A stretch of DNA of 64,000 nucleotides from the NCBI GenBank assembly GCA_000934665.2, contig KZ538769.1, positions 1 to 64,000 of the forward strand, read 5' to 3'. Positions 13,001 to 24,448 of this stretch are shown here, in pieces. The position numbers were made by a program, and so were the translations under genes. The stretch is from Catajapyx aquilonaris. Lineage: Eukaryota. The first letter of the stretch is position 1. Each line of letters starts with the position of its first letter. The notes below the pieces were generated by a model. The model was not told the DNA's origin, ran no database searches, and saw only the letters and a program-made list of their open reading frames with translations.

Positions 13001-15670
13001 GCAAAAGCCAGAACCATCGTGAGCCGCGTACAATAGATTAAAGTTTTAGACTGGCTGTAAGTTTCCGGCAGTTGTACAGTCATCTTCCCCGCACACTTCG
13101 GGTATGAAGTAAACTTGCGGGGAGCATTCAAACCCGGAATAAAACCTGGGCAGAAGCACGACCTTGGGTGAAGGAACGACTTTCTGATCTGGATCAATCG
13201 TAGAGAGACGGCAAAAGGTTGACTTTAGTCGAATAGTGTCATCAACTTTATATTGTACAGAAGTGCCGGTCTGGAACCTTTTTTGTGGTGACGAAAATCT
13301 ATGAACCAAAGCCAAATTTCTGCATCACTCTTCCCCCAGCAACGTTTTGCATTTTTAGGAGCTTCGGAAGGGATTCGAGGCAACTGGGGAGTGGTGTTAA
13401 AAAATTCCCGGGGATCAAAGAGCGGAACCGACGTCTGTCAAAAACTGCGAATTTAAATATTGCGGAAAGCTGAACATCGCAACAACGTGCTTCCTGTTTT
13501 GATTTCCTCCAGCAGCTCTTCAAGAGCATTTACGTAAAAAAAAATGTGATCATTTTGTGGATAATAGCGATTCCAACAATGTGCTCCTGGATAGGCTATA
13601 AGAAAATCATTGTGTATAGATAGAATCCGCGGAGTTGTTACTGAAAAAAAGTGTTTCCAACAAAAGGTACAAAATATCATGGCGAGGTATGCATCCTTCC
13701 ATGTTGCCTGTGTTCCCATGCATTCCTCTGTAAAATTGAATTATTTAGTAAGGAAAAAGTTGGGCTCAGTATACTCTAGGTTGGCGAGGGTTCACAGTGT
13801 AAGCCATAAAACAATACTGTGTGCAACGAAATTCGTCCCATGACGTAAACTAACCATAACATTCAGTTATATCCTGACGGCGCTGGAAACTTCCTACCGG
13901 AAGTCAATAATTCACAATCCCGCTTTAGTTTCATCCCGTCACAAGTGAAAACTTTGGACATGTTTGTGGCAAAATAATGCCCGCGCTAAATCCCCACTAA
14001 ATAGCCGTTGATGAAAACTATAAACGTGACATCACCGAGGACAGTTAATATGCACCAGTGATGATACATCACAGGTCCAAATAACACCTCTGTAACAACA
14101 ATCGATATGATCGGTCAATACGTGATGGGTCGACCCATTTAAGAGACGGCTGCATCCCAAACAGGGCAAAACTCTCCCTTAGCAAGCTGCACAACCGCTG
14201 ATTAGATTTCCTCCTCCGTCCCCTCCCCAGAACCTCCCCAGTCCCATTTTCCACCTGTCTGAAAGAACCAAGCCATTGTCAAACTTTTCGACATGAGTTC
14301 CTACTTTTGTCTAGGCAAGTATCCAACCTGTTGAAAAGCAGCACTGTACAGTCCGTCCCCCCCAGGCAGCGTCTGGCCCTTTGCTAATTACTGCCTCGAG
14401 TAACCAAATAATGACTGCTGCAACGATTCGCGACAGTACATAGAACTAAGTCCGATGAATCCAGACTTCCGACTTGGTCCGTCGAATATATTTTTAATGT
14501 CGGCAACTGGCGCCTCCATTTTCACTCAATGTCGGTACAGTTGGTACCAATTTGGCCTAAAAGCGTGGCCATTAGGTGCTGCTCAGATATCCCGGACGCC
14601 GAACAGAAGCGGGCCGTTGCTGTCTCATTACGGAAATGCCATTACCTCCACTAAGCCTTTCAATTACTCCTCACAAAATTTAGTGAACATTAGATTTAGC
14701 CTGGAACAGTCCAGTGGCGTCACCAAGCAAACGCCAGAACTTCCTCTCTACGGAAAAGTAGGTTCGTTACCGAAAATAAATCCCCCCGAGGTGCACGGCA
14801 CGACTTTAGCCCACCCACTATTTTTTTCCTCGATTCAATGTCGCAGCCTGCATCCCACGAGGCGACCGTAATGGAATCTTTCCTCCAGAGTTTAGGCCAC
14901 AATGCAGTTAAATAATGATGCACTGGAACTTCATCTCTTCCAGCTACTAGTTACCTGTGGGGATTGTGCTTCTAAAGGGCAGCAAGGGGACAGAAATGGG
15001 TAAGGGTCCGAGACTTAAATTAAATCCGGTTGTCCCCAAGACTGCCAGGGAGGATCAAACCTGTAGGAACACTGTCGGCTCAGTGTCACATGTCGCAGAC
15101 CGAATTTTTGGTGTGTGGAGAGAGTACAGTACCACCAGACATCAGGTTCAAAGCACACAAAAAAAGGGGGAACCACTTGTGGGAAATACGTGCATGCATC
15201 GTCGGTTGCATGGCGGTTGTGCAAAAGTAACTTGGCTAATTTTATTCCAACTATAGTTAGAATTCACCGCGGCCACTCTATACCGGATTGTTTGGAACTA
15301 ATCGAGGCCAGGTTTCATTTTTGTAAACAACTGCAACAAATAGTAATTTGCAAATCTTGGACACCGTAACTCCCGCGGTACACATAACTACAGTCAGTAA
15401 ATGATTGTTATAATGATTGTTACAATGGACTGCAACATAAAATTTTGAAATAACTTGCAAGAAATCGTTCTAAATTTACGCCATCAATATGTAAATAAGA
15501 GCAAAAACATTCCCTTGAGTGAAAAAATGGTAGTAAGACCTCCGTGGCGGAATGAAAGTACTGAAACAAGGCAAGCGCACATAAGACCTTCACCAATTGA
15601 TTTAAGGTCTTACTCAAGCAATTTACAATTTACTACTCATGAAATCTCCTTTCTGAAAACACATCTTTGT

Positions 15671-15780
15671 GAAATTTTCGTCGTACTACTAGTTACATCT
15701 AACTTAGCAGCACCAGTGTAGTGCAATGGTGCTGCTCAGTTAGCAGTAACTATAGTTAATAGTAAGTACGACGAAAATTC
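15671..15780. repeat. Palindromic MITE-like hairpin nested in the foldback element
   Basis: AATTTTCGTCGTACT / AGTACGACGAAAATT ends. Inner CTAACTTAGCAGCACCA / TGGTGCTGCTCAGTTAG pair. Confidence 0.7.
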
Positions 15781-16044
15781 CATCCATTATTTTTCCATGA
15801 GCCACTCCATATTAGTGTTTTATGAAATCAGGAACTTCAATATTACGCACATTGAATTTCTATACGTTTGGTGCGAATTATTGCCATGAACCATTCATGC
15901 AAAATCGTCACCTCTTTCAGAGGCTGATTTTAACTCTAATGTTTTTCACATGTAAACGTCAATTGTTGGATTTTAGAGTGTCTTTTTCGATTGGATTCCG
16001 CATTTTCAGCAGCGAAAATTTCCAAGCCTGTGAGGATGGGTTTA

Positions 16045-16046
<2 letters not shown>

Positions 16047-16099
<53 letters not shown>
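16047..16099. repeat. (CT)n microsatellite running into the assembly gap 16100-16143
   Basis: Directly visible. Confidence 0.95.
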
Positions 16100-16143
16100 N
16101 NNNNNNNNNNNNNNNNNNNNNNNNNNNNNNNNNNNNNNNNNNN

Positions 16144-16411
16144 GGGTGCTCGCCTGAGACCGCCATGAGACATTTCGGAGCCACGATAAGTGGCGACCCT
16201 ACCGGACTATAGGCTGAACTTTATAGGTACGAAGGGGAGGGCTACATGCTGGCCCAACATAGCCCTCCGCTTCGTATCTATACAGTTCAGCCTATAGTCC
16301 GGTAGGGTCGCCACTTATCGTGGCTCCGAAATGTCTCATGGCGGTCTCAGGCGAGCACCCTCTGCAAAACCCCTCGGCAGGGGGTGGGTGGGGAGTGACC
16401 TAACCTTCTAT
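16144..16411. mobile_element. GC-rich palindromic element, family A copy 1
   Basis: 16144-16220 and 16284-16360 are a perfect 77-bp inverted repeat, and pairing continues imperfectly almost to the centre. The left end is cut by the gap. The right flank GCAGGGGGTGGGTGGGGAGTGACC is shared with copy 2. Confidence 0.8.
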
Positions 16412-16585
16412 AACCATGAGTAAGACCTATGGTACAGCTTAAATCAATTGGTGAAGGTCTTACGTGCGCCTGCCTTGTTTCAGTACCTTCATTCCGCCGC
16501 GGAGGTCTTACTGCCCTTTTTTTCACTCAAGGGAATGTTTTTGCTCTTATTTCAGTTCTTTTTTTAAAACCCCTTCGCAATACCA

Positions 16586-17133
16586 GATATACCGCCATCG
16601 CCTAGGTTGTCGCTTACACGTACTCTGAAGACAAGGACAAGATATTTTACAAATAATAACAGCTACAGTGATATACGTATCATATCATACTAACACGTTC
16701 TTGCTCTACACTACAGTTTGCGCTATGAATGTATTGGAGACGATTTTCGTGCGTTAGAAGTCCATAAAATTATTTTCACAGAGATAGTCGTAAAAACCCG
16801 ATATTCGAGTGCTACCTACCAACTGTTAGTCTGATTTAAATATGAAATAGCGTACACGTTAAAATATACAGAATATATACAGTACATTGAGAACTGTACC
16901 AGACGAATTTGCTGAAATCGTGGTACTTTGCAAGAATTCAATCAATACTCTGGGGCTTGCCTCCGTCACAACTGAAAACTCCCAAACTTATGTAATTTTC
17001 GAGAAATGCGACGATTTCAGCAAATTCGTCTGGCCCGTTTCTCAAGGTAGGTAGGCCTAGCATAATTTTATAATTAAATCAGCTTAAGAGTTGGCCGGTA
17101 ATACCTGGCGATGGCAATGGCAATGGCGATATC
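16586..17133. mobile_element. Decayed foldback element with a well-preserved inner inverted repeat
   Basis: Perfect 23-bp pair CCAGACGAATTTGCTGAAATCGT (16899-16921) / 17011-17033. Weaker outer pairs at about 16819-16850 / 17060-17094 and about 16586-16608 / 17100-17133. Confidence 0.55.
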
Positions 17134-18075
17134 AAGAGACCGCGGAAAAGTCTGTTATAACCGAGGTCTGTTATAGCTAAATCGTCACTTTTGCAACGAA
17201 AACAGAGATTTCTGCTTTCCATATGACTGTAATATGCACTACTACATACCGATTAATGAGCTCTGTCAAAAATGTAATATTAGCTCACCCGAAAATTATG
17301 ATTTACGAAGGACCAAAATATCCGAAATTTTCTTCTGCCGTCTCCTATGTGCAAATTTTGTACCTGGAAAACTATATATTTTCCCACCATAGGCCAAGAA
17401 ATGGTGTGCTACACCCAAAGCTACACAAATTGCTACACCCGAGGTGAGGTGAAAATGAGAATGTTAAATCAGGAGTAAAATACACAGGGCCTTATGGAAG
17501 CATGCCGGGGTATATAGCCTTTATAACCCCCCTAAAATGGCCAACAGGCCAGATAATGGGGTAAATAAATATATAAAATAAAAATATAGCCTTTATAACC
17601 AAAAGTCTGTAGTTATAGTCGAGTCTATTAGTATATCTGGATTCAACTGTAATAAGTACAATCCGTTCACCCCAGAGCAGCTAGATCCGCACCATCCTAC
17701 TGCGCATTCTGCCCTTTGATGAAGAATCCTTCTTCCGAATAGTTATTGAGCAAAAAAAATAGTAACGCAATTTTTATTGGTTTTTAATTTTTTGCGGCGT
17801 TTTGAAGAGGAATTGAGTTTAGCTGAAAATGGCAGGAATGCACTTCACGACGGTGGGCATCTGTGTAAAAAAAAAGCGCAACAACAATAAGATGTTGATT
17901 TGAAAATTGCACAGTGTAATATTTAAATTTAATATTGAGTGTCTGTTTCTGAGGTGGGCAGGGGTGGGGGGTGGGACGGGTTATTTTTAGGTTTATTCTC
18001 ATGAGTTTTATTAGTTCATATGTTGGGTAAGCTTGCGTCTCCCTTCATCGCTGACTACCCCTCACAGGGAAGTGT

Positions 18076-18119
18076 CGTGGTGGTGGTGGTGTTGTTGTTG
18101 TTGTTGTTGTTGTTGTTGT
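18076..18119. repeat. (GTG)n(TTG)n microsatellite
   Basis: Directly visible. Confidence 0.9.
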
Positions 18120-19026
18120 ACGGTCTTACTTAGGGGCTACCGCCCCTAAAATGTTATTTTCTTTTTTCAAAATAATTTTTCAAATATCAATTTCTTTTGG
18201 GATAATGTTTTTTCCCGTCTATAGCCTCTTCAGTTATTGGACTTTGACATGGTGTTACTGTAGACATTCGCACAAAGGTGCTAAGCCACGATTGGACTAA
18301 AATCGCCGCTTCCCGTGCAGGCCGGCAATTTAATCAACTGAAATGTCTCTCATCCAGCTGCCCATGTTTAACACCGGCTATTTTCTCACAGTTCGTCGCT
18401 AGCACGAATATACGGATAGCTACAAATTGATGCCAACTGCTGGACAATATTCCGGCTGGAATGTTGCAAAATCGCCAACAACTTCGTCGCAACGGATGAG
18501 AAACTAATTACAAAACATCATACGTGACCCAGAAAGATAGGGTCGGCTCTATAAAGGCACAACGCGAATATATCACTGCCTCAAAAGTGTCGCCAAAACA
18601 GAACAAAAAAGGGCCATTTTTTGTTTTAAAAGTTTGGGCCATCCGCTCATATAAAGAGTTTCCATGCCTGACCTACGCCGCTGGAAAACATTATTTGTTG
18701 GAGGTAATAACGGAAAGTTTTTAAAATGCCGGACTAACCCTCCAGCAGAAAATATTGGCTAAGAAGGCCTATTCGTCCAGACATACTGTACTCGTAACTG
18801 TGACAGGAGTTGCCTTGGCTCCTACAAATCTACAATAAACCAAACGGCATACCGACATTTTCCAGACAGTAGAGCAACAGGTACGGCTGCAGAATTATGT
18901 CCATCCTGATTATTCAGGGCTACCCGTACGACTCAACGGTGCGTTGGGTAGTCTAAATGACAGGATATATTTTCCCTCTACACTACCCGCAGACTTTGTG
19001 AAGAAACAGTATGGTATACTGTAGTA

Positions 19027-19239
19027 CAGTCGGCTAAAGGAGCATGTTACCAGACCCCTAACCTAGAAATTAGCCTCCAACAGAGGTGCTGCCTAGGGGA
19101 GTGAGATTTATTGTATCAGGGGGAAGCAGCACCTCTGTTCTTCCCCCTGATACAATAAATCTCACTCCCCTAGGCAGAACCTCTGTTGGAGGCTAATTTC
19201 TAGGTTAGGGGTCTGGTAACATATTCCTTTAACCGACTG
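19027..19239. mobile_element. Fully palindromic Tc1/mariner-pogo-type MITE
   Basis: TA|CAGTCGG...CCGACTG|TA ends. Arms of about 100 bp with 4 mismatches and a short spacer. TA target and CAGT terminus are typical of the Tc1/mariner superfamily. Confidence 0.8.
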
Positions 19240-21332
19240 TACTACCAGAGAAGTCTGATTACATCCGAAGTAACATACAATTCTCTCAATTTGTGCATTG
19301 ACTTGCGAGTACTGGCATGTGACCTGGATACTTCACTTGCGATTAGTTCTTCTCGAACCTTCTGGTGTCGTACATCATAACCCGAGAGGCTTATTCACTT
19401 CACTGGCCATTAAAATTCTAGGACCTCTCTAAAACACCCGGCCTTCTGCTCCCGTCACGACCGTTAGACGACGGAAAGACCAGGACCGTGGGACCTGTAA
19501 CGTCACACAATAACGAGGCGATCGACATCCACGTGCCAGAGTCCTCAGCCCAAGATGACAGATGGCACTGGAAGAGAGGAGTGTCCAAGAGAAAGATGGG
19601 CGGAAATGATCTTGTTTACTCAATGTGAGGGTTGAAGAAACCTTGAGCGCTGTGATGTTTCGTCTGAAAAACTCACTCAGCTTTTGTCTCCCTTATCTTT
19701 TATTTTAAACAAGTGTACTTGTAAAGTTTTATAAACAGACAATATGCTGGGGAAAAAAATACTATTTTAAAATACTTACGAAACTTGAAACTAAGTAGCC
19801 TACCAATATGTAGTGTACTCGACAATATCGTGGCAGCAGATACTGTAGGTGGTCAATATTGTTGCGAGCATTAAATATGCCAGGCACGTTTGTAAAGTGA
19901 AGTATCTCCTGGGATGCCACATTGTGATGTTTCACTTCTACCTAAAGGCGTCTTTTTACGTGCCTCTCTCTTTCATGAATTTTGCAAAGCAGCTCGAGGC
20001 CACATTCCAGCTGCCGCCACGTAACCATCACATACGGCCAGCCATAGATGAATTGCTGGCATGTTTGCTATGTGGAAATACGTTAGGCATATAAGAATTT
20101 AGAGGTGCATCCTGCTCATTCTCAAAGGAATCAGTAGTTCCCATCGATTAAAACATTTCCCTTAAAATGTTGGTTTTGTTTTCAAATTCAGGCAATACTC
20201 TCCTTACTTTAAAAATCAATCGTAACACCATTATGCTGCTAGGAAACTCGGGTCGAAATACAATACCCGTCCTAACCCACGTAAACAAAGAACATGAAGT
20301 GACAAAGGCGAAGAGGACACGTTGCTTCACTCGCATGACACGCGGATATAATGCAATTTACACTTTGAATGTGTAAGTCTTCAGATCGTTGAATATTCAA
20401 AGCGTTATTATCTTTCCCGGAATTGAATTTGTTATGACACTCCAGAGTCATCAAAAACCACAAAGCACTCGACTACCACCTTTGAAGATTTCTACACGTC
20501 CACATGAGATCACACACTAATGACTTCTACTTCAGAAGTGCCGGAGTGTACTGTAATCGAGTCACTCACAAATGAACTCTCTATATAATAAGTAGTCTAT
20601 AGTGTATGAGTTTGCGACATAGCAGTTCTTACCAACACAAAGTGTCACATGTCACTGAATTTTAACACGTTCAGCTTTGTTTTCTCCTCGCCAAGTGTAA
20701 TCAAAGATGACGCTGGCTGACGGTGAGGCCATATGTACTTGAAGCTCGGATATTAATTTTCGTCAAAAATGTCACAGCAGACACAGTCACCTGATCTTTG
20801 TTATATGCGACTTTAGCGCGGCATTATTTTTCCTCAGCCGCAGTCCGGAACTATATTTCGACCATAAATACTGCAGATAAAACGGACAAAAAGCGGACTC
20901 CGCTTTAAAAATGCGCAAAGTAAAGGAGGTAATTGCATGCACCAATACTGCAGTCCAAATCCGCACTACGGAACTGTGTGATACAATGCCATTAACAGAA
21001 TAACTACACCAGCAGTACAGTTACACATAATTGCCGAATAATGCAAATGCATTGTGTTACTCTCGCCACTTGCGGCCAGAATCAACTTTCATTATCTCTA
21101 TTCTGGGACGCAGAGAACACGGTACATTTTTTTCTCTCTATAGAGTCAGTGCGCTTGTACATGATATATACTAATTAAACAGATTACATTCAAGAGTTGG
21201 GCATTTCTATTTACGGAATTGCGCATGGTTGTCATTTTCTCTCTCTTGCAGTGCGTGGCAAACAAATCCAGAAACCTAGTATCATCTCTATAAAAATCGC
21301 ATCAAGTGCCGGTCACTAATCCTCCCACGGCC

Positions 21333-21851
21333 ATGACTGAAGAGGATGACTTTGAACTGTACGAGGAAGACAACTTCGACACGAGGGACGCGTCAATAAG
21401 CGTCCTGCGTCATGCCAGGCACCGGAGAGGACGGATGCACGCAACGTCGCAGGAAGCAGTATTTCCTACCCTACCGTCGTTCTACCTTCCTGACGACATC
21501 AGTCCCGCCAACCTGACCGACCTGGTGTTCCTTCTCCCGGAGGACAACAACCTCTCATGGTCCAACTATTCCTCAAACGGCAGCAGCAGCACACCGTCAG
21601 AGTACGAGGCAATCGAAGCCATGAGGAAGGAGATGGCCAACATCTACATCATCATCATCCCGATCCTGGTCTTCTTCTGCGCCCTGGGAATAGCCGTCAA
21701 CTTGCTCATCCTCCTCTCGGCCTTCTGGGTCCGGAGACCCCTGTCGCCAACGCTGTGCTTCAGCATCAGTCTGGCTGGGGCAGACGCCTACGCCTCGCTC
21801 ATCATGGCCATGGGACTCATTGTCAACAGCCTGCTTCCCATCGTCTACAAG
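21333..21851 (+). CDS. Orphan class A (rhodopsin-like) GPCR, coding exon 1 of 3 (N-terminus, TM1-TM2). Full CDS join(21333..21851,22221..22604,23727..24302) = 492 aa
   Basis: Pyrimidine tract and AG acceptor end at 21251 (so an upstream 5'UTR exon is implied). ATG is in gccATG context. Translation shows N-glycosylation sequons (NLT, NLS, NYS, NGS), TM1 GIAVNLLIL and TM2 SLAGADAY. Donor AAG|GTCAGT, phase 0. Confidence 0.9.
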
Positions 21852-22220
21852 GTCAGTCACCCGCGTATACATCCTCAAATGGGTCAAGTGCACGACCTTT
21901 GCCGCAGCAATCTCACGCGATTATCGTTATGACTCTGAACCACTTGGTGGGGTCCCATGCCGTTGATAGATGGCTGTAGTTTGGCCGTGTCATGAAGCAT
22001 CTCCGGAAGGAGGATTTTCCCACTCTTTCGTATATTGTAGAAAAACAATTCGCCATGATGTAAAATTATTCTACGTGTTTAAAAACATCAAAAATGACTC
22101 GGCTATTTTTGCCGCAGATGCAAATATTTTGACAGTCAGTCAATAATTTTAAGATGGAACCACCCTGTGCGTTTACTAGCTGTCTGACCGACTTGTCTTT
22201 ATTTATTTTTTCCCCTTCAG

Positions 22221-22604
22221 ATCGACCTGGGCAACTACGCCACGTGCTATGGGCTGATAGTGGAAGCCTTCCGGTTGGGTGGCGTGATCGTGACCGTGTG
22301 TCATCTCCTGGCCCTGGCCATCAACCACTACCTGGGCATCCGGAAGCCGCTGCACTACGCGGCAACCGTGACCAGACGAACGGCCTGGATCGTCATTACA
22401 GTCTCCTGGCTGGTCCCCATGCTCTTCTTCTTCGTTTACTTCGCCAGCATGGAAGGAGAAGGCTTTCGATCCCTCTACTGCCACGTCTACGACTTCTTAT
22501 TACGATGGAAGTTTCGGGCCGTCTTCTCTAGCCTCTTCTTTGGCCCTCTCATTTCCATGATGGCCATTTACTTGCACATCTTCATCATCGTGCAGCGGCA
22601 CCAG
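22221..22604 (+). CDS. Orphan class A GPCR, coding exon 2 (TM3-TM5)
   Basis: Acceptor ttttccccttcag, donor CAG|GTAAAT, 384 nt in frame. Translation IDLGNYATCYGLIVEAFRLGG...LALAINHYLGIRKPLHY...SWLVP...FFGPL..IYLHIF. Confidence 0.92.
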
Positions 22605-22769
22605 GTAAATTACCATACAACCCGTTTCGGCTCTGGTGGCACCTGTTGCAAAAGGGGTAATCACTTAAATACCAACATGTGAACGCTGCCGCAGGCTAAT
22701 TTACAAAAACCGGCAATGCATTTACATACGCCATCACTGTACGTTTTATATAGCCATATAGCTCTAACT

Positions 22770-23016
22770 GGGCGACACGGTGGCGGAGTAGTTAGCGCCG
22801 CAGCCTCTAAGGTCCCGAGTTCGATCCCCGGATCAGACGGAGGAAACTTATGTGGATAGAGTTTCGATGGGTTCTCTCCGTGTTCGCGTGGATTTTCTCG
22901 GGGTTCTCCCGTTTCCTCCCACTATCAAAATCCATCACATCAAAGGCAATTATTAAAGTCGGTCAATTAAAAAGATGATCCCCTAAAAAGCCCAAGGAGG
23001 CTTATCACGGGGTATC

Positions 23017-23053
<37 letters not shown>

Positions 23054-23056
23054 GTT

Positions 23057-23096
<40 letters not shown>

Positions 23097-23103
23097 GTAT
23101 TAC
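22770..23103 (+). mobile_element. Full-length tRNA-derived SINE with V-SINE-like core, in GPCR intron 2
   Basis: 5' GGGCGACACGG, A-box-like TGGCGGAGTAG and B-box-like GAGTTCGATCCC. Core GTTCTCTCCGTGTTCGCGTGGATTTTCTCGGGGTTCTCCCGTTTCCTCCCAC. (TTA)n tail at about 23018-23102. Flanking target-site duplication AGCTCTAACT at 22760-22769 and 23104-23113. Confidence 0.88.
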
Positions 23104-23726
23104 AGCTCTAACTAGGATTGCAGTGAAACCAGTGATTCCCGGCCCTATACGAGAATACCTCTCTAACTGCTAACGGCACTTGGACCTAATCAGGGGGTGG
23201 GATTCTTCCTGTTCTAGGCTGAAACCGCAAAGGATCTCCTTTGAACCGAGGGAGATCTTTTTTGGGGGAAATGATTTCCTCCTTTATCTGTTAAGTTTCG
23301 TGAACCAGAAGGCAATTATTCGATTGAAATACTGTCAAGAGATAGAAGAGGAAGAAAAAAACTAACAAATATCGAGAAGGAGTGGAGTAGTCGCAATGCT
23401 TTTACGCTATACACTCAGGGCTGCCAACATTCCCTCTTCATATAGAACGTTTCACTAAATGTAGATAAATTGTGGCATACAAATTGAGATTTCTGCTTCG
23501 GTCGGGGATTTTTCTAGAAGCTGCTTATTTTCAAGCATCGCTTAAAACAGATTTGCAAAACTTGCTTTTGATTACTCATAATGGGGTCACATTTCACAGC
23601 CATTTCCTTATGTGTGAAATATTTCCAGCTTGGGTCTCCTACATCGCTGACCTTTTTAGAAGGGAACTGATGGTGTGTTCTGAAACATCCTGTGCAGTGA
23701 TAAGGGTTGTCCATTCCCTTTTCCAG

Positions 23727-24302
23727 TCTAACCGGGAGAGGTTCCAGTCCAACAACCACTTCCGGCGGAACCTGAAGGCCGCCTTCACCACCCTGTTCAT
23801 CCTGGGCACGTGCATCTTCGGTTGGATGCCTGCGGTGCTGTGGAACTTGCTGGTGTGCGCCGACTGCGCCTATTCCTTCGGCGACGTCAGCTACAGGGCC
23901 CGGGTGGTGATCAGCACCACGGCCAACATCCTCATCATCCTGAAGTCCCTGGTGGACCCGGTCATTTACGCGGCCAGGATGCCGGACATCCAGGCGGCGC
24001 TGCGTCGGATGCGTCTCGGTGTGTGCGCGTGCGGGTCGCAACAGGGACGCGATGAAATGTTCGGGTCTCAGCAGGACACCCTGTACACCGCCTCCGTCCA
24101 CGGGTGCCACACCAGAAGGGCCGGCACCCTGGTCTACAGGGTCATGTCCAACGGGAGTGCGCGGCACCACAACGGCACCAGCTTGAGGTGCGCGGCCTCC
24201 AGCAGCTTCCAGAAGAGGAGGTCGGCCACCACCATGGTCAAACCGCAGCACCAGCCGCACCAGGAGGAAGTGCCGACAACCGACAACACCACGCGTATGT
24301 AA
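23727..24302 (+). CDS. Orphan class A GPCR, coding exon 3 (TM6-TM7, C-tail, stop)
   Basis: Acceptor cccttttccag. Translation KAAFTTLFILGTCIFGWMP (TM6), KSLVDPVIYAARMPDIQAALRRM (TM7 and helix 8), Cys cluster, Ser/Thr-rich tail, TAA at 24300-24302. Confidence 0.92.
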   Translation, partial: SNRERFQSNNHFRRNLKAAFTTLFILGTCIFGWMPAVLWNLLVCADCAYSFGDVSYRARVVISTTANILIILKSLVDPVIYAARMPDIQAALRRMRLGVCACGSQQGRDEMFGSQQDTLYTASVHGCHTRRAGTLVYRVMSNGSARHHNGTSLRCAASSSFQKRRSATTMVKPQHQPHQEEVPTTDNTTRM

Positions 24303-24448
24303 CGCAGTGATGCCGTGTTCGTCGCCGGGTTATCAGTGTTGTGCCAGTGCCAAATGAGGTCCTGCCGTCCAAATGCTCACCTGACTTGAGATGGAGCACT
24401 CAACCGTTCAGAGACACCTGCCCACTACTTGGTTGCTATCGAGTGTGA

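Larger units (their letters stand above)
15493..16552. mobile_element. Foldback element with about 120-135 bp inverted arms enclosing nested hairpins
   Basis: 15493-15616 (AAATAAGAGCAAAAACATTCCCTTGAGTGAAAAAA...) is the reverse complement of 16417-16552 with scattered mismatches. The arms carry repeated TAAGACCT/AGGTCTTA units. Confidence 0.75.

Noticed and set aside
15822..16212. ORFs with LSLSLS / ERERER tracts
   Set aside because: Translations of the (CT)n microsatellite and the N gap.
17140..17652. Possible pogo-like transposon remnant (TTATAACC repeats, ...TTCAACTGTA end)
   Set aside because: Only one plausible end and no matching TIR found.
22770..22845. tRNA gene
   Set aside because: Has A/B-box-like motifs but no complete cloverleaf. 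It continues into a SINE body, tail and TSD.
23472..23726. N-terminal 85 codons of the 276-aa ORF
   Set aside because: Intronic read-through upstream of the acceptor at 23726. Composition is AT-rich and non-coding-like.
23514..24260. 248-aa minus-strand ORF (also 21597-21893 and 22203-22484)
   Set aside because: Antisense shadows of the GC3-rich GPCR exons. They coincide with the exons and have no independent protein features.
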